Source of the DNA: Torpedo marmorata
Lineage: Eukaryota
Direction: 5' to 3'
Assembly: GCA_977017645.1 (NCBI GenBank)
Contig: OZ360225.1
Coordinates: 66,340,001 to 66,404,000 of the forward strand
DNA length: 64,000 nt
Part shown: one piece after another, positions 25,468 through 37,958 of the stretch
How the letters are laid out: every line of letters starts with the position of its first letter
Numbering within the stretch: the stretch's first letter is position 1
The notes under the pieces: model-generated
Databases searched by the model: none
What the model was told of the DNA's origin: nothing
The model's input: the letters and a program-made list of their open reading frames with translations, nothing else
Translations under genes and position numbers: made by a program

Positions 25468-26116
25468 TTTTATGGACCATGACTGACCATTTGGAATGCG
25501 GACGGTCAGCAGGAAGGATGACGTCTTTTGAGTACACATTGGGACCAGGTAATGAAAGAGTTAACTTGCCCAGGGCTGGCTGTGCTCAGAAAGAGAGACA
25601 CATAGAGAGAGAGAGAGAGACAGGCTGTGGAAAGATACTTTGTTGCACTTTTGCAAAAGCAGGTGCTAACCTCTGCAAAAAGCATTCAGTTTGGAGTTGC
25701 AAAAGGCTGAAGCAACAACATCAAAACCAGGCTAGTGCATTCCAGTGAGAAAGGCTGGGAGAATAGCACATGGCCTCCTGTATCAGCAAAATCCTGAGAT
25801 AAAGTAACTTTCGTGGAGAACAGGCGTGAGATCAGCAAGACAGGCTGTGAGATCCAAGTATACGCTTCAATCAGTGGTATACATCGGAAGAAAAGCAGGC
25901 CAAGCATTCGTAAGCTTAAACAGTCATTGTCTCTCTCTCCAATGTTCATTAAGAAGTCCTTTGTGCCAGCACACAGAGCTGAATTTCGACCTTGAACAGA
26001 GAGAGTGATTTTTGTGGACTGTATTTTTGGGACTGACTTATTTTTATGACTGACCTGGGGTTTTGGGGAAGGTTTTCTATTTTTTTACCTTGAGGGTTGG
26101 GCACAGACTGTAATGG
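25468..26116 (+). repeat. 3' LTR, truncated at its 3' end
   Basis: Preceded by purine-rich ggatgggagg (PPT, 25458-25467); matches the 5' LTR up to gactgtaatgg then switches to PLE sequence. Confidence 0.85.
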
Positions 26117-26186
26117 AAGTAAAACACGAAAATCTGTAGACACCGTGGTTGAAGTAAAAAACATAAATGCTGGAGAAACTCAGCAG
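26116..26186 (-). mobile_element. Tiny PLE 3'-terminal fragment including the tail extension
   Basis: gaagtaaaacacgaaaatctgtagacaccgtggttgaagtaaaaaacataaatgctggagaaactcagcag is the reverse complement of the right end of the 1734-2487 element. Confidence 0.85.
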
Positions 26187-26629
26187 ACCTTGAATATCCT
26201 TTCTGGATAATGGTGATGAATTCATTGTCATAAACATAAGTACAAAGTACATATACACCAAAATTCTTACTTGCTACAGCCAAACAGGTACGTTTAGTTA
26301 AAAAGAAACTACACCCGTGTATATTAAATTATCCCAGTACAGAAAGGGATAAGTATCAGAATTTATTGTCATGAACAAGTCATGAAATTCGGTGTTTTGC
26401 GGCAGCATCATAGTGCAATTAACATTCATATTAACCATCTTACGACATTACTATGAAAAATTATAAACAATAGGGCATGAAAAGTAAGGCAGTGTCTTTG
26501 GTTCATTGATTATTCAGGAATCTGATGGCAGTGGGGAAGAAGCTGTCCTTGTGCCATTGAGTAAAAAACACAAAAGCTGGAGAACTCAGCAGGTCAAACA
26601 GTGTATTTTATGTAGCAAAGGTAGAAATA

Positions 26630-26670
26630 CATAACCGACGTTTCAGGCTTGAGCCCTTCTTCAAAGTATG
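26630..26670 (-). ncRNA. Minimal hammerhead ribozyme motif (variant)
   Basis: Minus: catact-ttgaaga-a-gggc-tcaa-gcct-gaaac-gtc-ggttatg. Confidence 0.65.
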
Positions 26671-28262
26671 AGAAAATGCCGGCAGACGTCCGAACAAAGG
26701 AGTGAGGGGGGAAGGGGGGTGGGAAAGGCAGGAGATAATAGGTGGAGAAAGGAGGGAGGGGACAGTAGCAAAGAGGGGGAGGAGGGATGGCTGGGTAGCT
26801 GGAGAAACACAGGAAGGACAGGTGAGTGGGGAGGGGAAGGGAACAACAAGCAGGTTTAGTGGAAAGCAGAAAAGTCAATGTTAATTCCATCTGGCTGGAG
26901 AGTGCCGAGACGGAATATGAGATGTTGTTCCTCCAGTTTGCGGGTAGTCTGGGTGGGATAGTACATGAGGCCATGGACAGACATGTGAGTGTGGGAATGT
27001 GACCCAGAATTGAAATGGTTGGCCACTGGGAGGTCGCTGTTGTTGCGAACCGAGCGGAGGTGCTGAGCGAAGCTATCTCCCAATCTACGACCGGTCTCTC
27101 CAATGTATAGAAAGCCACAAAGGGAGCACCGGATGCAGTAAATAAGTCCTCTGGATGTACAAGTGAAGTGTTGCTTCACTTGGAAGGCCTGTTTGGGGCC
27201 CTGGACCGTGGTGAGGGGGGAGGTGTGGGCGCAGGTGTTGCACCTCCTGCGGGCACAGGGGAAGGTTCCGGGGGTGCGATGGGTGGGGAGGGACGAGTGC
27301 ACGAGTGAATCACGGAGGGAGCGGTCCCTACGGAAGGCCGAGAGGGGAGGAGAAGGAAAAATGTGTCTGGTGGTGGGATCCTGCAGCAAGTGCCGGAAAT
27401 TCCGGCGGATAATGTGTTGGATGCGGAGGCTGGTGGGGTGGTAGGTGAGGATGAGGGGTATTCTATGTTTGTTGTGTCTGGGGGCAGAGGGGGCCAGGGC
27501 AGATGAGCGGGAAATGGAGGAGATGCGGGTGAGGGCTGAGTTGATGGTGGTGGAGGGGAAGCCACGTTTGTGGAAAAAGGCAGACATTTCAGAAGATCTG
27601 GAGTGGAACACCTCATCGTGGGAACAGATGCGGCGGAGGCGGAGAAATTGAGAGAAGGGGATGGAGTCCTTGCAGGGGACAGGGTGTGAGGATGTGTAGT
27701 CCAGATAGTTGTGGGAGTTGGAGGGTTTGTAGTAAATGTCGGTGGAAAGCTTGTCTCCCGAGATGGAGACTTGTACATCCAGAGGACTTATTTACTGCAT
27801 CCGGTGCTCCCTTTGTGGCTTTCTATACATTGGAGAGACCGGTCGTAGATTGAGAGATCGCTTCGCTCAGCACCTCCGCTCGGTTCGCAACAACAGCGAC
27901 CTCCCAATGGCCAACCATTTCAATTCTGGGTCACACTCCCACACTCACATGTCTGTCCATGGCCTCATGTACTATCCCACCCAGACTACCCGCAAACTGG
28001 AGGAACAACATCTCATATTCCGTCTCGGCACTCTCCAGCCAGATGGAATTAACATTGACTTTTCTGCTTTCCACTAAACCTGCTTGTTGTTCCCTTCCCC
28101 TCCCCCCTCACCTGTCCTTCCTGTGTTTCTCCAGCTACCCAGCCATCCCTCCTCCCCCTCTTTGCTACTATCCCCTCCCTCCTTTCTCCACCTATTATCT
28201 CCTGCCTTTCCCACCCCCCTTCCCCCCTCACTCCTTTGTTCGGACGTCTGCCGGCATTTTCT

Positions 28263-28303
28263 CATACTTTGAAGAAGGGCTCAAGCCTGAAACGTCGGTT
28301 ATG
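28263..28303 (+). ncRNA. Minimal hammerhead ribozyme motif (variant)
   Basis: catact-ttgaaga-a-gggc-tcaa-gcct-gaaac-gtc-ggttatg, identical to the left-arm copy. Confidence 0.65.
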
Positions 28304-31212
28304 TATTTCTACCTTTGCTACATAAAAGACACTGTTTGACCTGCTGAGTTCTCCAGCTTTTGTGTTTTTTACTCTAACCACGGTGTCTACAGATTTTCGT
28401 GTACACTTTTTTTTTTTTTTTGTGCCATTGAGTGCTCGTCTTTAGGCTCCTGTACCTTTTTCCTGATGGAAGCAGAGTGAAGAGGGCATGGCCTGGGTGG
28501 TGGGGGGTCTTTGAGGATAGAGGCTGATTTTTTAAGACACCGCCTCATGTAGATGTCCTCGATGGAGTGAAGTTTGGTGCCTGTGATGTCACAGGCCGAG
28601 TTAACAACCCTCTGGAGTTTACTCTTGTCCTGGGAGTTGGCGCCTATATACCAGGCAGTGATGCAACCAGCCAGTATGCTCTCCACGGTACACCTGTAGA
28701 AGTTTACGAGAGTCTTTGGTGACATACCGAATCTCCGCAGACACCTCACAAAGTATAGCCGCTGACGAGCCTTCTTTGTGATTGCATCAACGTGGATGCT
28801 CCAGGACAGATCCTCGGAGATGTTGACACCCAGGAATTTGAAGTACTTGACCCTCTCCACTACTGAGCCCTCGATGAGGACTGGGTCGTGTTCCCCTGAC
28901 TTCCTCCTGAAGTCCACAATCATCTCCTTGGTTTTGCTGACGTTGAGCTCAAGGTTGTTGCCATTACACCATTCAACGAGCTGATCTATCTCCCTCCTGT
29001 ACGCTTCCTCATTGCCGTTTGTGATTCTGCCGACAACTGTGGTGTCATCGGCAAACTTGTAGATGGCATTGGAATTGTGCCTGGCCACACAGTCATAGGT
29101 GTATAACGAGTAGAGCAGTGGACTAAGCACACATCCTTGGGGTGCGCCTGTGTTGATAATCAGTGAGGAGGAGACGTTGTTTCCAATTCGTACTGACTGT
29201 GGTCTTCCGATGAGAAAGTCAAGGATCCAGTTGCAGAGGGGGTTACAGAGGCCTAGAGTTTGTAGCTTCTTGACCAGCACTGAGGGAATAATTGTATTGA
29301 AGGCTGAGCTGTAGTTGATGAAGAGCAGCCGTATGTATGAATTGCTGTTTTCGAGGTGATCCAGAGCTGAGTGGAGAACAGGCGATATTGCATCTGCTGT
29401 GGAGCGATTGTGACGATAGGCGAATTGCAGTGGGTCCAGATCTTTGCTTAGGTACGTGTTAATTCTGGCCATGACCAGCCTCTCAAAGCATTTCATCACA
29501 GTAGAAGTTAGTGCTACTGGGCGGTAGTCGTTGAGGCAGCCCACACTACTCTTCTTGGGTACCGGGATGATTGATACCCTTTTGAAGCAGGTGGGAACCT
29601 CTAACTGCCGCAATGAGAGGTTGAAAATATCCGTGAACACTCCGGCTAGTTGGTTGGCGCAGATTTTCAGTAATCTGCCAGGTACGCCGTCAGGGCCTGA
29701 CGCCTTGCAAGGGTTCACCCTCTTGAATGATGTTCTGACGTCGCCCTCAGAGACAGATATCACAGGGTCCTCAGCCTTTTCAGGGATTCTAGTAGGCACT
29801 GTTTTGTTCTTCTTCTCAAAGCGGGCATAGAAGGTGTTCAGCTCATTGGGTAGTGAAGCATCACAGCCGTCTAAAATGTTCGCCCTCACTTTGTAGGCTG
29901 TAATGGCCTGCACTCCCTGCCATAGCTGGCGTGTATCTGTCTCTGTCTCTAGCTTCCTCCGGAATTGACACTTTGCTTCAGAGATGGCCTTCCGCAGGTC
30001 GTGCCTGGACTTCTTGTAAAGATCCCGGTCCCTGGCCTTAAACGCCCTTATTCTCGTCCTCAGCAGGTTGCGAATTCTCTGATTCATCCAGGGCTTCTGG
30101 TTGGGGAACACCCGGTATTTGCACGTGGGCATACACTCATCCATGCAGGTCTTGATGAAGTCGGTGACAACTGTTGCATATTCATTTAGGTCTTTGGCTG
30201 AGTGCTTGAATATGTTCCAGTCCACCGATTCAAAGCAGTCCTGCAGACGCTCCTCCGCCCCCCTCGACCATACTTTCGCCGTCCTCACCACTGGTGCTGT
30301 GGTCTTCAGTCTCTGCTTGTACGCCAGGAGTAGAAGTACAGCCAGGTGATCAGACTTGCCGAAGTGCGGTCGTGGTATGGCTCGGTATGCGTTCTTCACG
30401 GTGGTGGAGCAGTGGTCGAGTGTGTTGGTTCCCCTGGACTCGTATGTGATGTGTTGGTGGTAGTTTGTCAGTGACTTCTTCAGATTGACCTGATTGAAGT
30501 CTCCCACAATGATCGGGAAGGCTTCAGGAAGTGCTGTCTCATGGCTGTTTATCACAGTGCTCAGTCCCTCCAGTGCCAACCTGACGTTAGCCTGGGGCGG
30601 ATTGTACACTGCGACCAGGATGATGGCGGTGAACTCCCTCGGAAGATAGAATGGGCGAGATTGATCGCCAGATGTTCCAGGTCGGGGGAGCAGGACTGGG
30701 ACATGACCGTCACTTCTGCGCACCACGATGAATTGATGATGACACAAACGCCGCCTCCCCTGGTTTTTCCAGACGCCGGTGTTCGGTCAGCGCGATGGAG
30801 GGTGTAGCCCTTGGGCTGCAGCGCCATGTCCGGAATGTCCGCGTTTAGCCACGTTTCTGTAAAGCACATCACGCAGCACTCCCTGATGACTCTCTGATGT
30901 TGAAGTCTGGCTTGGAGTTCATCAAGTTTGTTCTCCAAGGATTGTACGTTGGCCAGGAGGATGGTAGGGAACGGAAGTTTCAGGTCCCGGCGTCTCAGCT
31001 TGACCTGTAGCCCCCCTCTGCGTCCACGCAGTCGGGTCTTCTTTACCTGGCCCGTTGGTCCGCTGCTGGTAGTTCCCGCAGTGTTTAAACGGTCCGTGCG
31101 CTGTCCCTTTAAATCCTCCGCGATGTTTATGTGTGCTGAGCGCCTGCTGTCTGCGACTCCCGCGAAGTTTAAATGGCCCGTTCTCTGGCTGTTTAAAACT
31201 CCCGCAGTGTAA

Positions 31213-31985
31213 AGGATAGCTAGATAAAAAATATTCACAGTTGCAGATGGTTCAAGAAAATAAGTGGTGATTCAATAGTGCAGACAGGTCTTCTTGTGGT
31301 CCCAGAGTAGTTTATGATTAGGATAGTATGGCAAGGTTCAAGACCCTGATAGCCATTGGAAATGAATCTGTTCTTGCGCCTTGAGGTACTGGACTTCAGG
31401 CTTCTGTACCTTCTTCCCATAGGTAGCAGTGAGAAGAGGCCGTGACCAGGATGATGGGGGTCCTTTATAAAGTTGGGGCATTATTGAGGCAGAACCTTAC
31501 ATAGATAAACATTCAATGGATGAGAGGTTGGAGCTCATGATGAACGTAGCTATGGTTGCTACTTTCTGTAGCCTCCTGCATTCCTGGGCACTCGAATTAC
31601 CACAGCAGACTGTGATTCAACCAGTCATTTCCACAGTACACCTGTAGAAGGTTAATAAATGTATTCAATGACATGCCTAATCTCCTCAAATTTCTTAGAA
31701 AATAGAGGTGTTGGTGTGCCTTCTTCACAGTTGCCTTGATTTGCTGGCTCCAGGAGAGATTCTCCAATATGTGAACTCGTTGGAACTTGAAGATACTATC
31801 CACTTTACCGCCGTACCATCAAAGGTACATGGGTCCCTCAGCCACCCCTTCCTAAAATTCAAAATAAACCCCTTTGGTGATGATGTTGAGAGCAAGACTG
31901 TTGCTCTGGCATCACTCAATCAGATTCTCGATCTCCATCTTGTATTCTGATTCATTATTTTCCATTATTCGACCAACAATTGTGG
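31213..31985 (-). mobile_element. Older degenerate Rex-Babar fragment (host of the younger copy; its tail probably at ~26215-26350)
   Basis: GRRYRSLKSSTSRRKNRF, KKAHQHLYFLRNLRRLGMS motifs in broken frames. Confidence 0.7.
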
Positions 31986-33531
31986 TAACCATCTGGTCCA
32001 CGTGATGGAGAAAGAAGCCATTTGGCTGAAGGGCCGAGACCAGAGAGTTGGGGGTAAGCCATGTCTGTGAAGCAGAATACACAGCAATTCCTCATGTCCA
32101 TCTGGTACAGCAATCTTGTTCATAGGTCCTCAATTTTATTCTCCTGAGATTTCAATTTGGCTAAAAGGGGATACCTATGGCTGTAGAGTTATTTATGAGC
32201 CTTTTATTTTTGCTCACCATGAAACAAATGTTCCATTACCAAATTCAGATGATCTGTAACATTGAGATTGCACAATGCAGGACTGCAAGACCAAAATATA
32301 GGGCCACCTGAGCCATGGTAGAAATCTGGTTCCACACCCAGATCTTTTGTCATGGTCCTGGAAATTTTCCTCTATCAAGTACTGATCCGATTATTTTTTC
32401 AAAGTTAAACCTGATTGGCCTGAAAACTGGACAGTGCCTAGAAACATGGGAATGGTGCTATGTGGGGGACCAGGTGAGATCTACCTGGAGTGTGTGAGGA
32501 ACAATTTTGACACACAGATAATGTGCATGTCATCAATAACCACATGTTACACACATCAGGTATGAACCTATCTGTACAATATCCTATCACGTTTGTAGAT
32601 CTTGAAACAGCAGTTCCAAATGGGACACCTGCTGGTTATAGTTGGACACCTTTGAGCTTCATGGTAAGAGTGTCAAGACAGGCATGAGAGACCTGACTCA
32701 TTCATCAAGTGCTTGTAATCTTGGCTGGGATGGGGGGAAGGGGGTGGTAAAGCTTGGGATCCTCCTCAGCTCCAAGGGAAGTTGGTGGCTTAACCTATGA
32801 AATGCTGAGCAACCTGGCCTATCTATGAATGGGGAAGCACATCAATTTTTTTTCTTTTCTTTAGCGAACTTCCCATCATAACACAGTGAAGTCTGTCCAT
32901 TTAAAGTGTAGATTTCCTGGCCAAGATCCATCCTGTTTCCCAGTGAGGTGTCATGATCCGACGTTGCATCAGTCATGTTAAAAGTGTGTTGCACTGATGC
33001 ATCACAGCATCTTGCCCCCCGTATTCCAGTGAAGGTCTGCCATAGGACTGGAAGTGCATGATTCAAAATTTCCCTACAATATCCTCACCCAGTGCCAATC
33101 ACATCTTGCAATCAATTTTACACTTCATTTCAACTCCTAAGGCCAGTCAAAAACTCAAATTCATCAATACATTTGAATCATTTCTCAGTAAACAATCATT
33201 TGGGGGAAATTACCTCCAACAGTAATCAATACTCCAATGTTTAACATAGCAAAAGTAAATGTCAGGAATATCAATACACTTTAAGAGTTTCTTTATGAAG
33301 GACTGGTTGTTAATAATATAAAACTTTAATTTACAATCTGTCTTGCAGCCTTCAGGCGACAGGCAGTCTAATGCAGATGGCTGTCACAGTGAGGGTGAGT
33401 GGGGAATATGGGGCAAGTAATGTGAGCTCAATGTTGCTTAGCTCGATGGCATGAAGCACAGGGTAGTTCAACTTCAAAGCCTCAATTTATTGCAGGACTC
33501 CAGCAGTCACGCAAACCAGCGAGAAGGAGAG

Positions 33532-33818
33532 GACAATAGACAATAGGTTCAGGAGTAGGTCATTCGGCCCTTCGAGCCAGCACTGCCATTCACTGTGATC
33601 ATGGCTGATCATCCACTATCAGTACCCTGTTCCTGCCTTCTCCCCATATCCCTTGACTCCACTATCTTTAAGAGCTCTATCCAACTCTTTCTTGAAAGCA
33701 TCCAGAGAATTAGCCTCCACTGCCTTCTGAGGCAGAGCATTCCACAGATCCACAACTCACTGGGTGAAAAATTTTTTCCTCAACTCCGTTCTAAATGGCC
33801 TACCCCTTATTCTTAAAC
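33532..33818 (-). mobile_element. Young CR1 3' end, 5'-truncated
   Basis: gacaatagacaatagg tail repeat, ggtcattcggcccttcgagcc, atcatggctgatc; typical CR1 3' UTR in reverse. Confidence 0.75.
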
Positions 33819-35059
33819 TAGTTGGGTGGATTATAGTTCAGGCGAGTCATATGGCATCCTCAAAGTTGAAACAATGTACCCACTGTTTGGATGCAGTTAA
33901 TAATCAACGTCAATACTGATGGCACTCCTATACTATTTGAAATACTAATACCGGGTTTTGATTTCAGGTTTCTTCTAATGCTGTTTCTCCTGGAGTTATT
34001 ACACCCAGGTTGCTCCCTTTCATAAGCCATGGGAACCTTTTCACTATTTTCCTTACTTACTGAAGAGAGAGGCAGCAACCTAGGGTGTCCCAACACACAG
34101 GCAACAGGGATGGATTCAGGTCTCTGCGAGTGCTCTGAGGTCTGGCGCCTCTGATAGTACTGTCAGTCAAGAAAACAGTCTGCATAACAGCACCTGAAAT
34201 CTAAGCTGGCCTGACATTTGTTACCCTTGATGTTAAATTTTGTGACTGCCTGTTGTAGAATCCATCCACAGTTTAACCTATTGATGAAAGTTAGGCAAGT
34301 TCCACATGTGGCAACAGACACCACCAGATGGCCAACTAGCAAAAGTGAAAGGTACCACCATTCCCTTCAGTTATAGAACAGAATATATGCATTATTTTGG
34401 CATCTTGTTAAACAGGCAGTACATTGAATATGACAGAGGTTGTGGGGTATGGGAACAATGGTAGTAAAGCTGATAATGAAACAAGAATTGCTGATGTAGC
34501 ATCAGAAACATCGACGATGTGGTCCGCTCCCAACCTGCTCCTGGAGCAATTTACAATGAAATACATTGAATATTGATGGCCAATGCTGGCAGTGAAGAGC
34601 AAGATACTCACCTTCTAACTGCATTAAAGCATGTATATATACCCATAATTGGTGCCCTTCAACTTTTACACAGTGAGAATAAAGTCCTTTGAAGTCTGGC
34701 ACAGTTTAGAAGTTGTACAGTAAATGAACAGCATGCAAACATGGGGTAAACATTAACTGCAAGGTTTTAATTATCAGCTACGCAGCTCAAATACAGTACG
34801 AACAGCTGTTGTTAGCCAAATAATGGCAGATGCTCATATATATTTAAAGGGGAGTTTCTAGACATTCTCGGCAATTTTGCTCCCCCTCAGAAAAATGTTT
34901 CGCCACTTAGCAAGCTGTCCACCCATTTTGCATTATTTAAATTTCCCCCAATTCTTAAGCCCTTTGTGTCATTATTTCTTCTGAAGCAGGAACACAGAAC
35001 ACAGTCGTGTTGTGATTGTGGAATCATATTCAACAATATTTTGACGTGTGCAAATTTAT

Positions 35060-35410
35060 TTATGTGTGTGAGTGTGTATGTGTGAGAGAAAGAGAGGCTG
35101 TGTGTATGGAGAGAAAAAGAGTGAGAAGGAGAGAGAGAGAGAGAAAGTTAACAGAATTAAGAATGAATTTCGGAGGATATTTCATAATGAGGCCAATTTT
35201 CAGGTTAGGGAGGAGGATGAAGGAGGAGGAGGAAGAGGGTAGAATGAAAGAGGGGAAAGATGAAACAGGAAGAGGGAGGCGAAAGGAAGGTATAATGTGA
35301 ATAGAAAGAGAGAAGGAAAATGAATAGGAAAAGACAAAAGAGGAAAAGAGAAATGGGCAGGGAAAGAGGAAAAGAGGAGAGGGTGAAAGAGTGATAAGCA
35401 AAAAGTGCAA
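35060..35410. repeat. GT/GA microsatellite and purine-rich low-complexity tract
   Basis: Almost pure A/G on the + strand; yields spurious R/E/K and S/F/L/P ORFs. Confidence 0.9.
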
Positions 35411-35625
35411 AGTGACTGTAAAATGCCCACTGTTCCCTACTAATGATCAAAATTAGGACTGAACAGGATTTGTGCCCGAGAATGGGAAGGTTTACTCACT
35501 CACTTCCTTTAGATGGGATATTTTCTCCCATTATTTGATCAAAATCTGTACTAATAAGACTTAAACTCTACTATAATTTCTTCCACAATTATGGTTTCAG
35601 AATCAGCTTCATCAAAAATTCATTA

Positions 35626-35860
35626 GGGTGGCATGGTTAGCGTAGCAGTTAGCGCAATGCTATTTCAGTGCCAGTGACCCAGGTTCGAATCCGGCGCTCT
35701 CTGTCAGGAGTTTGTACACTCTCCCCGTGTCTGTGTAGGTTTCCTCTGGGCGCTCCGTTTTCCTCCCACCCTTCAAAACATATGGAGGTTGTATGTTAAT
35801 TGGGATATTTGGCGGCACGATCTCGGGGGCGGAAGGGCCTGTTACTGTGCCATATTCTAA
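35626..35860 (+). mobile_element. tRNA-derived V-SINE (HE1-like)
   Basis: A box tagcgtagcag, B box ggttcgaatcc, V-domain-like gtgtctgtgtaggtttcctctgggcgctccgttttcctccca, CR1-like tail gaagggcctgttactgtgc. Confidence 0.8.
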
Positions 35861-36769
35861 ATTTTTTTTAAAATCCTCTAACTCAGGAGATTATATTTTT
35901 TTGCTAAGGATTCAAATCCTTTTATTTTCTTCACAACATCCCTCGGTCATACATCACTCTGCCAGTAAAGGGCCAGTGATGCACTAGTGGGTGTCCCATG
36001 TTGCGATTCCGAGCAGTCTGCTGATTTGTCTTGTCGACTCTCCCTCGGGAAAACACATGGTTCACTTACTCCTCAAAATCACAGCTGAGATCACTAACTC
36101 ACTGGAACAGGACAGGTACACTGGGTTTCCGCTGACGTGACTTGGTCTGAAAACCAGTGATCCTCTGATAACCACATCTCCATCAAATCTAATGATTGGG
36201 ACGCAACACTTCTTAAATGGTAAATGCGTGACAATGTTTCTTTTCAACATATGGAAGGTGATTTGATCAGAGGTGCACAGAAGACACGCTGTTTGTTAAT
36301 TCATTATTCAAATATTTTCAGTCGCACTTGCTGCAACATTTGAGAATTAATTTTCTTCAGACATATTCATTGTGAAATGCAATTAGTACAAAATACTTTG
36401 CACCGTGCAAACAGCAAGAAGATTTTCCGCCCCTCTCCAATAATTCTATCACTTATCAGAGAAGTACTGTGGGTGGGATCTTGCTGTGTTTGAATCTTTG
36501 CTGAGTTTCCCAACTTAATATGGGGACAGAACTTCTGCCCTGATGAAGGAATTGGCTGCATAAACAAATAACCCCTGGTTTCCAGTGCTGGCTTAAGCCA
36601 GCAGTGGCATCTTCGACCATTTTGACTTCACCTGCTGCATCCGTGGAGTTCTTGTGGAGCCTCTGGCACAGCGCAAACTTCCATAGGCATCTCTGCTCTC
36701 AGCACAGCAGCCCCGCTCAAATGAAGGGGAGATGTTAGCTGCGTTTAATCTGTACAAGTCTGAGAAGCT

Positions 36770-37062
36770 TAGTGGCGCAGCTAGAAAAGCTGTTTCCTCA
36801 CAGATCTCCTAATCCTGGTTTGACCCTGACCTCAGGTCCTGCGACTGCGCGAGTTTCCTCCAGATGCTCCGGCTTCCTCCCAGTTCCCAAAGAGGTTTGG
36901 ATTGGCAGGTTCATTGGTCATTGTAAATTATGCCCAGTGCCGGTAGTGGGAGAATCTGGGAGGTGTTAATGGGTTTGTGGGGAGTATAACAAGTGGGTCA
37001 ATAGGGCAGATAGTGTTAAAGGTCAACATGGACCCAGTGGACTGAAGGGCTTCTTTCTACAA
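36770..37062 (+). mobile_element. Older V-SINE copy
   Basis: gtggcgcagctag...gtttcctccagatgctccggcttcctccca...gactgaagggc; another decayed copy at ~40470-40720. Confidence 0.65.
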
Positions 37063-37958
37063 CTCCTTTTTCGATAATTACATTTCTGTTCACACTATTT
37101 TTGTATTTTTGGTTTCCACCAAGTGACCTTCAGCATTTGTGAGTGCCAGAGAGATTTCATAAGGGTGACAGCTGTGGCAGCTCATGAGCCTAGAGGCTGT
37201 TCCTCACCGCAGCCAGCTCTCTGGACAGAATAAGCCCCTACATTGAACTCTGCCACGTGAAGGGCTTCCAGTGGAAGAAACAGCATGGCACAGAATCAAG
37301 GGCCTGTAACTTTCAGTAAAATGGACGTTGATGTCACTGCATTTTAAATTGTTCCACAATACGTAAAGCTGCCTTGAATTGTTTATTGTCACGTGACAAT
37401 AAAGCTTTGTTTTGTGAGCTATCCAGGCAGGTTAACCTATACATAGTGCATAGTAAAGCAGGTGCCTGAGACATTAGATAAAATGCAGCATAATTGTAAG
37501 TCATTTTGGGTGAATATTATGAATCTCCGCTTCTTATCGCACAAAACACTGACATTATTTCCACAAATATATTACACTATTCATCTAAGGGGGAAAGCAG
37601 CATTGTGAATAAGTCAAAGAATGGGTATTCAGTGGTCTGAAGTACTTAGTTCAACTTCAAGCTCATTGTTGACTGTATTGAGGTAGAGCAGTCGAACAAC
37701 TAGTCAACCCATACATACGTAGTACAGTAGCAAAACACAGTACTGAGTGCAGAGTTATAGAGAGAGATCAGTCAGCATGGAGCAAAGGCAACATTATTTT
37801 ACTGGTGCGAGATTCGTACAGGAATCTGATAACAGCAGGAAAGAAACTTCTTGAATCTGAAATATTGATCGAAAGTTGAGTTTAGAATGTACACTGCAAG
37901 CTGAGGAGTTTAAATTCAAGCATTAAATAATTCTATATTAAAAAGTGAGTATTAGTTA

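Larger units (their letters stand above)
22138..26116 (+). mobile_element. Internally deleted Gypsy LTR retrotransposon of Gmr1 type
   Basis: Two similar LTRs, PBS, PPT, gag with coiled-coil, SCAN-like region and CCHC knuckle, DTGA protease, then RNase H ending just before the PPT; RT and integrase are missing. Confidence 0.88.
26563..28419. mobile_element. Penelope-like element (Neptune-type), asymmetric head-to-head palindrome
   Basis: Left arm (minus, 26563-27770): RT thumb, CxxxxCxxC linker (FPCARRRCNTCAH), GIY-YIG (LIYCIRCSLCGFLYIGETGR); right arm (plus, 27769-28406): GIY-YIG + UTR; TSD ttgtgccattgagt at 26549-26562 and 28420-28433. Confidence 0.93.
26352..31212 (-). mobile_element. Near full-length Rex-Babar (Rex1-like) LINE, APE + RT, interrupted by a PLE
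   Basis: APE motifs LANVQSLENK, CFTETWL, VGDFNQ, KSDH; RT motifs GPDG, NDYRPVALTS, GAPQGCVLSP, KFADDT; frameshift near 30655; the 3' end (26352-26562) is separated from the body by the PLE at 26563-28419. Confidence 0.88.

Noticed and set aside
28387-30747. 786-aa ORF as an intact LINE protein
   Set aside because: Its N-terminus is out of frame with the real APE start (frameshift ~30655) and its C-terminus is frameshifted and runs into the PLE insertion; element is dead.
35016-35450. Charged or hydrophobic ORFs
   Set aside because: Translations of a GA-rich low-complexity tract.
35626-35700. tRNA gene
   Set aside because: A/B boxes continue into a SINE body and LINE-derived tail; no complete cloverleaf.
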